64,000 nucleotides of DNA from a virus (lineage: Duplodnaviria; Caudoviricetes). The stretch covers positions 1-64,000 of the IMG/VR virus record IMGVR_UViG_3300013121_000005; one strand, given 5' to 3'. Positions within the stretch are counted from its first letter, which is position 1, and each line of letters begins with the position of its first letter. Positions 27,827 to 35,463 of this stretch are shown piece by piece. The notes below the pieces were generated by a model. It was given only the letters and a program-made list of their open reading frames with translations. It did no database searches and was not told the DNA's origin. Made by a program: the position numbers and the translations under genes.

Positions 27827-27881
27827 CTTTTTTCGGCTGGTGGTTGTGTAATTGGTGTATCGTTCGTTGATCGTTCGTTGA

Positions 27882-27966
27882 GTTCAGATGGCGGAATGGC
27901 AGACGCAGTGGATTTAAAATCCACCGCTCCTCGTGGGCGTGAAGGGTTCGAGTCCCTCTCTGAACA
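27882..27966 (+). tRNA. tRNA-Leu(TAA)
   Basis: Class II cloverleaf. Confidence 0.9.
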
Positions 27967-28136
27967 CAAAGAGGTGTGCGCACACCTCTTAGAGCCGAAA
28001 AGTCCCAATTAGGAGCTTGGCTGCAAACTTGAGGTCACTTGGTAGTGTGGAGGGCTTAGATCCTCCTCTTTGGTTCGATCCCAGTAAGGGCCTCAAATTT
28101 TTGCTGAGGTGTGTGCAACACGTTTTGGCTCGATTT

Positions 28137-28223
28137 GCTCAGATGGCGGAACTAGGCAGACGCGGCGGCTTCAAACTCCGTTGTCCTTGTGGCGTGAGGG
28201 TTCGATTCCCTCTCTGAGCACCA
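28137..28223 (+). tRNA. tRNA-Leu(CAA)
   Basis: Class II cloverleaf, CCA. Confidence 0.85.
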
Positions 28224-28227
28224 ACTA

Positions 28228-28336
28228 GATCGAATGCATGAAGGGTTTACATCCTGCCGATTAGGAAGGCGTGGTTCGATTCCACCCTAAACCAAAGGGG
28301 GCTGGTGCCTCCGTAACTCTTCACTACTTGTCGATC
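28228..28336 (+). ncRNA. Y RNA-like #6 (T-arm remnant)
   Basis: GATC-GAATG-N11-TACA...GGTTCGATTCC...CTTGTC-GATC. Confidence 0.8.
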
Positions 28337-28347
28337 AAGTTGAATCT

Positions 28348-28422
28348 CGGGGTGTAGCTTAGCCTGGCAAAAGTGCTCGTCTGGGGGACGAGAGATCACA
28401 GGTTCAAATCCTGTCATCCCGA
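28348..28422 (+). tRNA. tRNA-Pro(GGG)
   Basis: Cloverleaf. Confidence 0.9.
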
Positions 28423-28428
28423 CTGTAT

Positions 28429-28500
28429 GGGCTGGTAGTTCAGTGGTAGAATGCTTCTTTGACACGGAAGAGATCGGCGGTTCGACCCCGCCCCAGCTCA
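28429..28500 (+). tRNA. tRNA-Val(GAC)
   Basis: Cloverleaf. Confidence 0.9.
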
Positions 28501-28502
28501 CT

Positions 28503-28722
28503 GTCTCGAATGCTGATTAGGAGTACATATCCATAAAGGCCCTAAGGTAGCGATGTTCCCGCGAGGGACTAGCGACGGCACCAATCCCAGACCCCAAGCG
28601 GTAATACGCCGGGTCAGAGACTCTATGAGTCAAAGGTGCGGGACGAGCGGTGGCCATCCCACAAGGAACCACAATGCGTCGGCGGAGCGAAAGCTCCTTC
28701 TCTTAATCGAACTTGTCGAGAT
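28503..28722 (+). ncRNA. Y RNA-like #7 (largest, ~170-nt non-tRNA cargo)
   Basis: GTCTC-GAATG-N11-TACA...CTTGTC-GAGAT. Confidence 0.8.
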
Positions 28723-28730
28723 TTTTCAAT

Positions 28731-28812
28731 GCGCAAATGGCGGAATGGCAGACGCACTAGCTTGAGGTGCTAGCGGTTAACAACCATGGGGGTTCAATTC
28801 CCCCTTTGCGCA
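28731..28812 (+). tRNA. tRNA-Leu(GAG)
   Basis: Class II cloverleaf. Confidence 0.9.
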
Positions 28813-28813
28813 C

Positions 28814-28877
28814 TACTACTGAATGCAGTTGAGAGTACATTTCGGTACATGCCTCTCAACTATTCTTGTCAGTGGTA
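28814..28877 (+). ncRNA. Y RNA-like #8 (minimal)
   Basis: TACTACT-GAATG-N10-TACA...CTTGTC-AGTGGTA. Confidence 0.8.
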
Positions 28878-28881
28878 TCTT

Positions 28882-28964
28882 GCTCAAGTGGCGGAACTAG
28901 GCAGACGCAGTTGGTTCAGAACCAGCCGGGTAAAACCGTAGGGGTTCGATTCCCCTCTTGAGCA
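28882..28964 (+). tRNA. tRNA-Leu(CAG)
   Basis: Class II cloverleaf. Confidence 0.9.
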
Positions 28965-28965
28965 C

Positions 28966-29115
28966 TCACCGTGAATGATGCTTTGGACTACATGTAAAAT
29001 TCAGTCTTTGAGGGTTCGAGTCCCTCTCTGGCTCTTAGGAGTCAGGTGGTGGAATTGGCATACACACTGAAAGCCGAAAGGCATGCGTCCTTGGGCAAAA
29101 AACTTGTCATGGTGA
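28966..29115 (+). ncRNA. yrlA: Y RNA #9, YrlA-type (Leu-like D-loop)
   Basis: T-arm GAGGGTTCGAGTCCCTC, closed acceptor, D-arm GTGGAATTGGCATACAC inside the Y stem. Confidence 0.85.
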
Positions 29116-29119
29116 ATTT

Positions 29120-29193
29120 CGGAGCGTAGCTCAGTCTGGTAGAGTACATGCTTTGGGTGCATGGTGTCGCTGGTTCGATTCCAGTCGCTCCGA
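29120..29193 (+). tRNA. tRNA-Pro(TGG)
   Basis: Cloverleaf. Confidence 0.92.
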
Positions 29194-29228
29194 CTAGGAT
29201 GATATGGAAAGCCTGTCATCCGTTTTTT

Positions 29229-29315
29229 GGATGGTAAACTGGCCAGGGGCCGGGCCTACCTCGAAAGTAGTGCGCACCTCGAAAGGGGTGTGGGGTTCGA
29301 GACCTCTACCTTCCG
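29229..29315 (+). tRNA. tRNA-Ser(CGA), 8/4 fold
   Basis: 8-bp acceptor, 4-bp T-stem, long D-stem. Confidence 0.8.
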
Positions 29316-29324
29316 CTGGTTATT

Positions 29325-29411
29325 GGAGGATGATCCTAACAGGGTTAGGGCCTGCCTGGAAAGCAGTGCGCACCTCGAAAGGGGTGTGGGGTTCGACTCC
29401 CTCGTCTTCCG
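29325..29411 (+). tRNA. tRNA-Ser(GGA), 8/4 fold
   Basis: As above; V-arm identical to that of Ser(CGA). Confidence 0.82.
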
Positions 29412-29936
29412 CTACTGGTGTTCCCAACAGGGGATACAGCGGGGTTCGTAGATATCCAACCCCCCAACCAGTACCTTTTCGTTGCTGAGTACTTTCCGGT
29501 GGGTCCTTGTGGCGCTTTGTCCGCAAATTGAACACCGGGCTTGGAGACGGCGAACTTCGTTCGCCATGCTGATAAATTCTGGCATGGGTCCGAATGGTGC
29601 CCCAAAACAGTCTAAGTCTAGGCCCGTAAGAATGACGGTTGTGCCGTGGGCAAGTAACTTACCTACAACTTCGATAGCTTGAGGCTCAAGGAACTGAGCC
29701 TCATCGATTGCTACAGTTCCCCCTGGCCATACTTGGTCCAGTCGCGGGGATACCCAACTAGCAAAGACTTTACGCCCTGCATGGGAGATTACGTTGGTGG
29801 TATTGGAGTGTCGGGTATCGATGGTGGGCTTGTAGACTCGTACTACATCTTTTGCAGCTAGTACTAATTCAATTAGCCCTTCCGTTTTACCTGCGAACAT
29901 AGGACCACATAGGACCGTGAGCTTGCCGAGGGTCAT
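29412..29936 (-). CDS. tdk: thymidine kinase
   Basis: GPMFAGKT, IDEAQF, GLDLD, C-terminal Zn Cys. Confidence 0.93.
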   Translation of the reverse strand: MTLGKLTVLCGPMFAGKTEGLIELVLAAKDVVRVYKPTIDTRHSNTTNVISHAGRKVFASWVSPRLDQVWPGGTVAIDEAQFLEPQAIEVVGKLLAHGTTVILTGLDLDCFGAPFGPMPEFISMANEVRRLQARCSICGQSATRTHRKVLSNEKVLVGGLDIYEPRCIPCWEHQ

Positions 29937-29964
29937 CGAGGGTCCTTGGGTATCAGTAGATAAT

Positions 29965-30054
29965 GGAAGTAGAATCGGCCATGGGGCCGAGCCTGTTTGC
30001 TAAACAGTGTCGATCGGCGATGAGTCGATTGGGGTTCGAGTCCTCCTGCTTCCG
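29965..30054 (+). tRNA. tRNA-Ser(GCT), 8/4 fold
   Basis: GGAAGTAG/CTGCTTCC acceptor, 4-bp T-stem. Confidence 0.82.
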
Positions 30055-30058
30055 CTAT

Positions 30059-30145
30059 GGGTGGGTTGTCTTTTCCGGTCTTGTCATCGCTCTTTCGGGG
30101 GTCGATGAATGTTGGTGAGGACTACATAAGCAATCGGTACCACCC
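30059..30145 (+). ncRNA. Y RNA-like #10, circularly permuted
   Basis: CTTGTC-ATCG precedes CGAT-GAATG-N11-TACA, joined by a TTCG hairpin. Confidence 0.72.
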
Positions 30146-30179
30146 TGGGTCGGCCTTCGGGCCGACCCCCGATTCCTAT

Positions 30180-30252
30180 GGTGAGTATCGCCTTCTGGAG
30201 AGGGCGCCTGGTTGTGGCCCAGGTAAGGCGGGTTCGATCCCCGTTGCTCACC
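30180..30252 (+). tRNA. tRNA-His(GTG)
   Basis: G-1/C73, cloverleaf. Confidence 0.9.
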
Positions 30253-30254
30253 CC

Positions 30255-30381
30255 GCAGTAAATGCTGATAAGAGTACAACCCAATCATAAGTGCGAGTTC
30301 AAGTCCCGCTCAGTACGTAAGTGCTGATAGCTCAAGTGGTAGAGCATTGATCCCAAACCTCTTGTCGTCTCTTGTTACTGC
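30255..30381 (+). ncRNA. yrlA: Y RNA #11, YrlA-type
   Basis: GCAGT-AAATG...CTTGTT-ACTGC (compensatory A-U pair); T-arm, GTAA-closed acceptor, D-arm. Confidence 0.82.
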
Positions 30382-30384
30382 AAT

Positions 30385-30466
30385 GCCCTCGTAGCCTAGT
30401 GGATAAGGCGCGAGTTTCCTAAACTCGTGACGAGAGTCATCGTAGGTTCGAGTCCTACCGAGGGTG
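30385..30466 (+). tRNA. tRNA-Arg(CCT) with long variable arm
   Basis: V-arm TGAC-GAGA-GTCA. Confidence 0.85.
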
Positions 30467-30736
30467 CTAGAGTATTCTCTTGTGTAGCTTTTGAAGGGCA
30501 GCCGCTTCAATCTGTCGAACTCGTTCTCGGGTAACCCCAAGAATAGCTCCGACTTCCTCCAAAGTCATTCCTCCTTCATCTGCTACGTCTAGTACGCAGG
30601 AGTAGGGGGTCCCTTCGAGGAAGTACCTGCATTGGGGAAATGGGCATGGTCTGGATTCATTGGGTCCTCCGGGTAGGCAGTCTCCGCGAACCTGAGGGAG
30701 GATAGGTAAGTGCATAGCTTGGGTCACGATTTCCAC
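30467..30736 (-). CDS. sigma-70 region 4 HTH protein
   Basis: MTLEEVGAILGVTRERVRQIE. Confidence 0.8.
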   Translation of the reverse strand: MEIVTQAMHLPILPQVRGDCLPGGPNESRPCPFPQCRYFLEGTPYSCVLDVADEGGMTLEEVGAILGVTRERVRQIEAAALQKLHKRIL

Positions 30737-30780
30737 CTTTACACCAGGTGGGTGACCTTACGAGTGAGGTAGGGTGATTT

Positions 30781-30852
30781 GGGGATGTAGGCATCAGGTG
30801 AGGCCGCTGGCTTGTCACGCCAGTGAGGCGGGTTCGAGTCCCGTCGTCCCCG
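30781..30852 (+). tRNA. tRNA-Asp(GTC)
   Basis: Cloverleaf. Confidence 0.88.
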
Positions 30853-30907
30853 CTACTATTGAGTTGAATTGGGGTTCCCCTTAGCTTAGGGGGTTTCAGT
30901 GTGTTTT

Positions 30908-30979
30908 GCCCTCGTACGCATCTGGTGAGGCGGCTCCACTGTCTATGGAGCGAGGTCGGTTCAATTCCGGTCGGGGGCG
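30908..30979 (+). tRNA. tRNA-Asp(GTC)
   Basis: Cloverleaf. Confidence 0.85.
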
Positions 30980-31000
30980 CTACGGTAATCTTGTCCTAGG

Positions 31001-31501
31001 GTGTTCATGGGTAAAGCCATGGCAGACTCGGATAATCGAAATGGTGGTAACTGCACCGGCAGCAAACCTAGGTGTACTTCTGGGGAAGACTTAGATAATG
31101 AGGTTAGTCCACAGATAGAGGAAGACCCTTTCTTGAAGTGGGCAGAGGGGGACCCTGTTACGACGGAGGACTTACGCGAGGGTTTGGTAACTTGTTCAAA
31201 GTACGTGCAGGCATCCCTGCAAAGTACAATCAAACTCTCTAGTGAGTTACGAAGGATCCTTCCATCGATCCAGGTGATGTCGGATCAGATCAAGGTTCTT
31301 GGTCCAAAAGTGGAGTCTAATGCTCGGTCTGTTGACCAGTTGGACCAAGAGTTGGTCAGTATCAGGCGAGACCTTCATGAGGTTCGTAAGGCAGTACAGG
31401 GTTTGCAAGTAGACATGGAGTATGTTAAAGGTCGCGTAGACCTTCTTCCTGGAATCGCATCCTTGTTAGGTGAGGTTATTGGGCGTTTGCCTAGTAAGTA
31501 G
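31001..31501 (+). CDS. hypothetical coiled-coil protein
   Basis: Heptad repeats; start uncertain. Confidence 0.6.
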   Translation: MFMGKAMADSDNRNGGNCTGSKPRCTSGEDLDNEVSPQIEEDPFLKWAEGDPVTTEDLREGLVTCSKYVQASLQSTIKLSSELRRILPSIQVMSDQIKVLGPKVESNARSVDQLDQELVSIRRDLHEVRKAVQGLQVDMEYVKGRVDLLPGIASLLGEVIGRLPSK

Positions 31502-31512
31502 TAGTGTTACAA

Positions 31513-31585
31513 GGGGCTGTAGCTCATCTGGGAGAGCGCCTGGTTTGCATCCAGGAGGTAAGGGGTTCGAGTCCCCTCAGCTCCA
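31513..31585 (+). tRNA. tRNA-Ala(TGC)
   Basis: G3:U70, cloverleaf. Confidence 0.93.
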
Positions 31586-31602
31586 CTGCGGGGATTGGTT
31601 AT

Positions 31603-31676
31603 TCGGGTGTCGTTCAAGGGTAGGACCGGAGACTTTGAATCTTCAGATCGTGGTTCGATTCCACGCGCCCGAACCA
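31603..31676 (+). tRNA. tRNA-Gln(TTG)
   Basis: Cloverleaf, CCA. Confidence 0.88.
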
Positions 31677-31769
31677 CTAGACTTCTTCTTGTAGGTGCTG
31701 TAATGTACGGCACGCCGGTTGAGAGCCTGGTTGGGGAAACTTCGGTAACGGTCTAAATCGTGGTGAAAT

Positions 31770-31842
31770 GGGGCTGTAGCTCATCTGGGAGAGCGCTTCC
31801 ATGGCATGGAAGAGGTAAGGGGTTCGAGTCCCCTCAGCTCCA
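31770..31842 (+). tRNA. tRNA-Ala(GGC)
   Basis: Cloverleaf; body nearly identical to Ala(TGC). Confidence 0.93.
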
Positions 31843-31984
31843 CTGGGGTCAAATGCTTGTGGGGTCTACATTCAAGGTAGAAAACAGACTCCGCTGCCAC
31901 TTGTTGGCCCTAATCTGCGTCTCCAGCACAACGGAGGGCGACACCTGCCAAAGTGGTGTGGCCGCTGGGGAGAGTCCCGCCAAT

Positions 31985-32057
31985 GGGGCCGTAGCTCATC
32001 TGGGAGAGCGCTGCCTTCGCAAGGCAGAGGTGGAGGGTTCGAGTCCCTTCGGCTCCA
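31985..32057 (+). tRNA. tRNA-Ala(CGC)
   Basis: Cloverleaf. Confidence 0.92.
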
Positions 32058-32061
32058 CAAC

Positions 32062-32180
32062 GGGCGTGTAAGCTCAAGTTCCTCGGGGTTCGCTCACGTG
32101 GTTGATGGCGCCGTCAGCACGAGGGAGGGTAGAGCTAGGGCCGAAAGCCCTGTGTGCTGGTTCGAGTCCGGTCACGTCCA
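32062..32180 (+). ncRNA. tRNA-like RNA with ~48-nt D-loop insertion and 5-nt anticodon loop
   Basis: GGGCGTG/CACGTCC acceptor, canonical T-arm, AGGGC-CGAAA-GCCCT. Confidence 0.72.
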
Positions 32181-32197
32181 CTGGTGTAAGGGGTCCT

Positions 32198-32473
32198 ATG
32201 ACTCTCGATCAAGTTCAGACGGTTTTAGTAGCCTATGAAGAGCGCCTTCGTGAGCTGGAAGCGGATCCCAAGAGGGCCGACACAAGCCTCACACGACCTT
32301 CTGAGGCTCAGGCTCTTAGGCATCTGGCTTGGATGTGTCAACAGATGCGTGAGGTTCTTAAGTCGGACTCCCCGAATTCTGAGAAAGTTGCAAGGTGGCT
32401 TGGATTTGTCCAAGGGGTCTCTTGGATGACGGGGCTTTTTTCGATTGATGAAATGCGGGATCACAACCGCTGA
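32198..32473 (+). CDS. hypothetical phage protein
   Basis: HLAWMC...RWLGFVQG; GGTGTA 9 nt upstream. Confidence 0.7.
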   Translation: MTLDQVQTVLVAYEERLRELEADPKRADTSLTRPSEAQALRHLAWMCQQMREVLKSDSPNSEKVARWLGFVQGVSWMTGLFSIDEMRDHNR

Positions 32474-32482
32474 AATGAGTTT

Positions 32483-32555
32483 GGGGATGTTGGGGAATTG
32501 GAACCCCACCGAGTTGTCTACTCGATTTATGCGGGTTCGAGTCCCGTCATTCCCG
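32483..32555 (+). tRNA. tRNA-Asp(GTC)
   Basis: Cloverleaf. Confidence 0.82.
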
Positions 32556-32573
32556 CTGTGTCGTGTGTTCAAT

Positions 32574-32647
32574 CGGAGTGTGGCGAAGTCTGGTATCGCA
32601 CTGCGTTCGGGACGCAGGGTTCGGAGGTTCAAATCCTCTCACTCCGA
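32574..32647 (+). tRNA. tRNA-Pro(CGG)
   Basis: Cloverleaf. Confidence 0.9.
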
Positions 32648-32796
32648 CTGGTTCTGGTGGGGCAGTTGACTGCCAGAACCTACTTTCTGCGCGAGGGCGG
32701 CGGGAAGTTTGATGGGGAGCCTCTGCACCACATAATTGTCAGATGGATGTAAGCTCCCAAGTCCTCCGGTTCTGGTTTTTATACCTGAACCGTTTT

Positions 32797-32865
32797 GGGC
32801 TTGTGTAGAAGGCTACCATCTTCCCTCGCACGGAAGGTGTACGGGAGCGTTACCCGTCAGGTCCA
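32797..32865 (+). tRNA. tRNA-Ala(CGC), atypical T-loop
   Basis: G3:U70; T-loop AGCGTTA; reduced D-arm. Confidence 0.65.
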
Positions 32866-32900
32866 CTAGGAGTAAGTAGTAGGTTTGTTGACTTAATTTC

Positions 32901-32973
32901 GCCCACTTAGCTCACTTGGTAGAGCAGCGCCCTTGTAATGCGCAGGTAGTCGGTTCGATTCCGACAGTGGGCT
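32901..32973 (+). tRNA. tRNA-Thr(TGT)
   Basis: Cloverleaf. Confidence 0.9.
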
Positions 32974-32979
32974 CTGTTT

Positions 32980-33050
32980 GCGGGTATCGTCTAGAGGCAA
33001 GGCCCGAGCCTTCCAAGCTCGTGACGAGGGTTCGACTCCCTCTACCCGCT
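32980..33050 (+). tRNA. tRNA-Gly(TCC)
   Basis: Cloverleaf. Confidence 0.9.
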
Positions 33051-33078
33051 CTGTTGGTAAACCTCTTGTGGTTTTACC

Positions 33079-33606
33079 ATGCTTGTGAAGACCTGCAACC
33101 CGTGTGGTCGAACCCTACCTGAGACTGAGTTTCACTGGCGCAGCAAGGCCAAAGGGCTTCGGATCTCTTGGTGTCGTGAGTGTGCAAGCAAGAAGTCGAA
33201 GGCGCACTACAAGACGAACAAGTCAATGTACTTGCGGAAGACCGCGAAGCACACCAAGCGGATCCGCGCAGAGCTAGCGAGCAAGATTCTCGATTACCTC
33301 AAGGTACACTCGTGCGTTGACTGCGGAGAGGCTGATCCCGTGGTGCTCCACTTCGACCATGTACGGGGGAGGAAGGCGTTCAACATCGCGAAGGCGTCTG
33401 CGAAGGGTTTTGCTTGGGCGCATGTTGAGGAGGAGATTCAGAAGTGTGATGTTCGGTGTGCCAACTGTCACATGAGAAAGACGGCTAAGGACTTCGGTTG
33501 GCGCAAGCTACTTTTTGCCCGTGAGGCTCCTGTGGAGGAGCGCCATCTTGGTAGGATGGAGTCAGAGGGTTCGACTCCCTTCGCGGGCTCTGATCCGAAC
33601 GAATGA
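33079..33606 (+). CDS. HNH endonuclease (paralog 3)
   Basis: CVDCGEADPVVLHFDH...KCDVRCANCH; reads through tRNA-Thr. Confidence 0.85.
   Translation: MLVKTCNPCGRTLPETEFHWRSKAKGLRISWCRECASKKSKAHYKTNKSMYLRKTAKHTKRIRAELASKILDYLKVHSCVDCGEADPVVLHFDHVRGRKAFNIAKASAKGFAWAHVEEEIQKCDVRCANCHMRKTAKDFGWRKLLFAREAPVEERHLGRMESEGSTPFAGSDPNE
33517..33589 (+). tRNA. tRNA-Thr(GGT)
   Basis: Cloverleaf. Confidence 0.85.
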
Positions 33607-33664
33607 CCGTGGGGCTACATTGACTTGTAGGTTCGAGTCCCGGATCCTCTTGTGGTTCGGGTCA
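33591..33664 (+). ncRNA. Y RNA-like #12 (short, divergent)
   Basis: TGATCCGAAC-GAATG-N10-TACA...CTTGTG-GTTCGGGTCA. Confidence 0.68.
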
Positions 33665-33667
33665 GGT

Positions 33668-34021
33668 ATGATCTATGAGTACCGTGCTAAAGCTTTCCGG
33701 GTTGTGGATGGAGATACAGTTTGGCTTGAGGTGGACCTTGGTTTCCATGTCCGAGTTACCTTGGAGTTTCGCCTTGAGGGGTTGAATACGCCAGAGGTAC
33801 TTGGTCCACAGAAAACAGCCGGGTTGGCAGCTAAGGACGAATTGTCACGACTTCTTGGTTTGGGTGACCTTCGAGTGGTGTCTAGTAAGACAGAGAAGTA
33901 TGGGCGCTACCTTGCAACGTTGTATGTGACCCCTACAAATCAACCAGAGATTAACGTCAACCAGGCACTTCTAGATGGCGGTTTCGCAAAACCTTATCTA
34001 GGTTTAGGGCCGAAGTTGTAG
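33668..34021 (+). CDS. thermonuclease (SNase) family protein
   Basis: RVVDGDT, RLEGLNTPE, KYGRYLA. Confidence 0.9.
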   Translation: MIYEYRAKAFRVVDGDTVWLEVDLGFHVRVTLEFRLEGLNTPEVLGPQKTAGLAAKDELSRLLGLGDLRVVSSKTEKYGRYLATLYVTPTNQPEINVNQALLDGGFAKPYLGLGPKL

Positions 34022-34115
34022 GTCTTCAAGGTACCAATGGTGGTACCTTGGGGTGGTGGACACGGCGGGTAACCGTCGCCCCCGAAGGGTCGGAGTAAAA
34101 CCCGACCCTTCATTT

Positions 34116-34187
34116 GCGGGTGTAGCTCAGTGGTAGAGCATCGGCTTCCCATGCCGAACGCCGAGGGTTCGAGTCCCTTCGCCCGCT
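34116..34187 (+). tRNA. tRNA-Gly(CCC)
   Basis: Cloverleaf. Confidence 0.92.
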
Positions 34188-34188
34188 C

Positions 34189-34293
34189 TGAAGTGAATGC
34201 AGGTAGGGGGTACATTTGGTTCGATCCCGAGATCCCGGGCTCTATCCGGGATCGCCTATTGGGGGCAAACTCTTTGCTCCACTTGTCGCTTCA
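34189..34293 (+). ncRNA. Y RNA-like #13
   Basis: TGAAGT-GAATG-N11-TACA...CTTGTC-GCTTCA. Confidence 0.78.
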
Positions 34294-34297
34294 ACAT

Positions 34298-34368
34298 GAC
34301 GGGGTGCTCCGGCGAGTAACGCGGTCTGCAAAACCGCGCAGATGTGGGTTCAACTCCCCTCCCCGTCT
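34298..34368 (+). tRNA. tRNA-Cys(GCA)
   Basis: GCGGT-CTGCAAA-ACCGC, U73. Confidence 0.82.
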
Positions 34369-34388
34369 CCGGTGGTGTAGTTCAAGGC

Positions 34389-34922
34389 GTGAAGAAGAAG
34401 ACCTTCGACCCGAAGTTCGACCCGAAGACGACCACGCTCGCTCAGGCCCAGCAGGTCTTGAAGGACCACGCGGTTGAAGGCGCCGTCTGCCCCTGCTGTC
34501 GGCAGCTCGTGAAGCTTTACGCGAGGGAAATCACTTCCTCGATGGCGTACGTGCTGATCCTGCTGCACCGTCACTTCGAGAAGGCTCCGGACTACATCCA
34601 CGTCCCCAACTACCTCTCGGGCATGACCAAGCTCGGCTCGATGATCCGTGGAGGGGACTTCGCCAAGCTCCGCTACTGGGGGCTCCTGGAAGAGATGCCC
34701 GATGCCAAGCGCACGGACGGGAGCAAGAGAGCCGGGTTCTACCGGATGCCGGAGAAGGGTCACCAGTTCGCGAAGGGGGAGATCAAGGTCCCGAAGACCA
34801 TCTACCTCTACAACGACACCTTCCTTGGTTTCGGCCCCGGGGACACGAGCATCCACGAGTGCCTCGGGAAGGACTTCAACTACGACGACCTGATGGGCCG
34901 ACTAGGCGGCTTCCTCGTCTGA
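34389..34922 (+). CDS. hypothetical phage protein (CPCC, wHTH-like)
   Basis: Strong codon bias; KLRYWGLL. Confidence 0.75.
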   Translation: MKKKTFDPKFDPKTTTLAQAQQVLKDHAVEGAVCPCCRQLVKLYAREITSSMAYVLILLHRHFEKAPDYIHVPNYLSGMTKLGSMIRGGDFAKLRYWGLLEEMPDAKRTDGSKRAGFYRMPEKGHQFAKGEIKVPKTIYLYNDTFLGFGPGDTSIHECLGKDFNYDDLMGRLGGFLV

Positions 34923-34930
34923 CTTCATTT

Positions 34931-35005
34931 GCCCCTGTAGCCAAATTGGATAAGGCAGCCGTCTTCTAAGCGGCAGATTTGCAGGTTCGAGTCCTGCCGG
35001 GGGTG
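34931..35005 (+). tRNA. tRNA-Arg(TCT)
   Basis: Cloverleaf. Confidence 0.92.
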
Positions 35006-35206
35006 CTAGGGTGGCTCGGGGTCTTCTGTGAAGGAGATTTCGTTAAGCTCGTTCGGGTCGAAGAAGTAGGTTAGCCCTCTTTTCACATTTTCACGAGCCT
35101 CCTCCTTAGTCTTCCCTTCAGCATGACAGCCTGGTACAGTGTAAATACTGGCTAGCCAACCGCCCTCAGACAATCCATATGTGATGTGGAAGTTCCGAGT
35201 TGCCAT
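35006..35206 (-). CDS. HicB-like antitoxin N-terminal domain
   Basis: GGW.A...VPGCHAEGKTKEEARENV. Confidence 0.75.
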   Translation of the reverse strand: MATRNFHITYGLSEGGWLASIYTVPGCHAEGKTKEEARENVKRGLTYFFDPNELNEISFTEDPEPP

Positions 35207-35349
35207 CTTGGTAAGAGCGGTCGTATTGGAAGTTTTTCAACTTGACGAAGGGGTAGCGTTACCTTAGCTTCAGATGGTGTTAAAGGGAAACAAGGGCTTC
35301 TTTTTTAGCTTGAAGAACCCAAGGGCTATTCGTTGATAGAGCATGTTTT

Positions 35350-35423
35350 CTCTCCGTCGTGACGGATACACGCACGGGTCTACGAAACCCGTTGACTAGG
35401 TTCGACTCCTAGCGGAGAGACCA
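35350..35423 (+). tRNA. tRNA-Arg(ACG)
   Basis: Cloverleaf, CCA. Confidence 0.85.
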
Positions 35424-35463
35424 TGAGTAGAGACCATGAGTAGATTTTCAATCCATAAGTACG

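Noticed and set aside
28029-28098. Degenerate tRNA-like hairpin (GGTTCGATCCC, loop CTTAGA) as a suppressor tRNA
   Set aside because: No D-arm, 6-nt loop and weak T-stem; at most a remnant
28137-28223. TCA (opal/Sec) suppressor tRNA
   Set aside because: The stem register centres CAA and the body is Leu-type
23094-33122. Many 60-190 aa ORFs overlapping tRNAs and Y RNAs (e.g. 24675-25259 -, 27157-27561 -, 26808-27119 +)
   Set aside because: Shadow frames of RNA genes with no protein motifs
35006-35206. Complete HicAB toxin-antitoxin module
   Set aside because: No adjacent HicA-like ORF recognised
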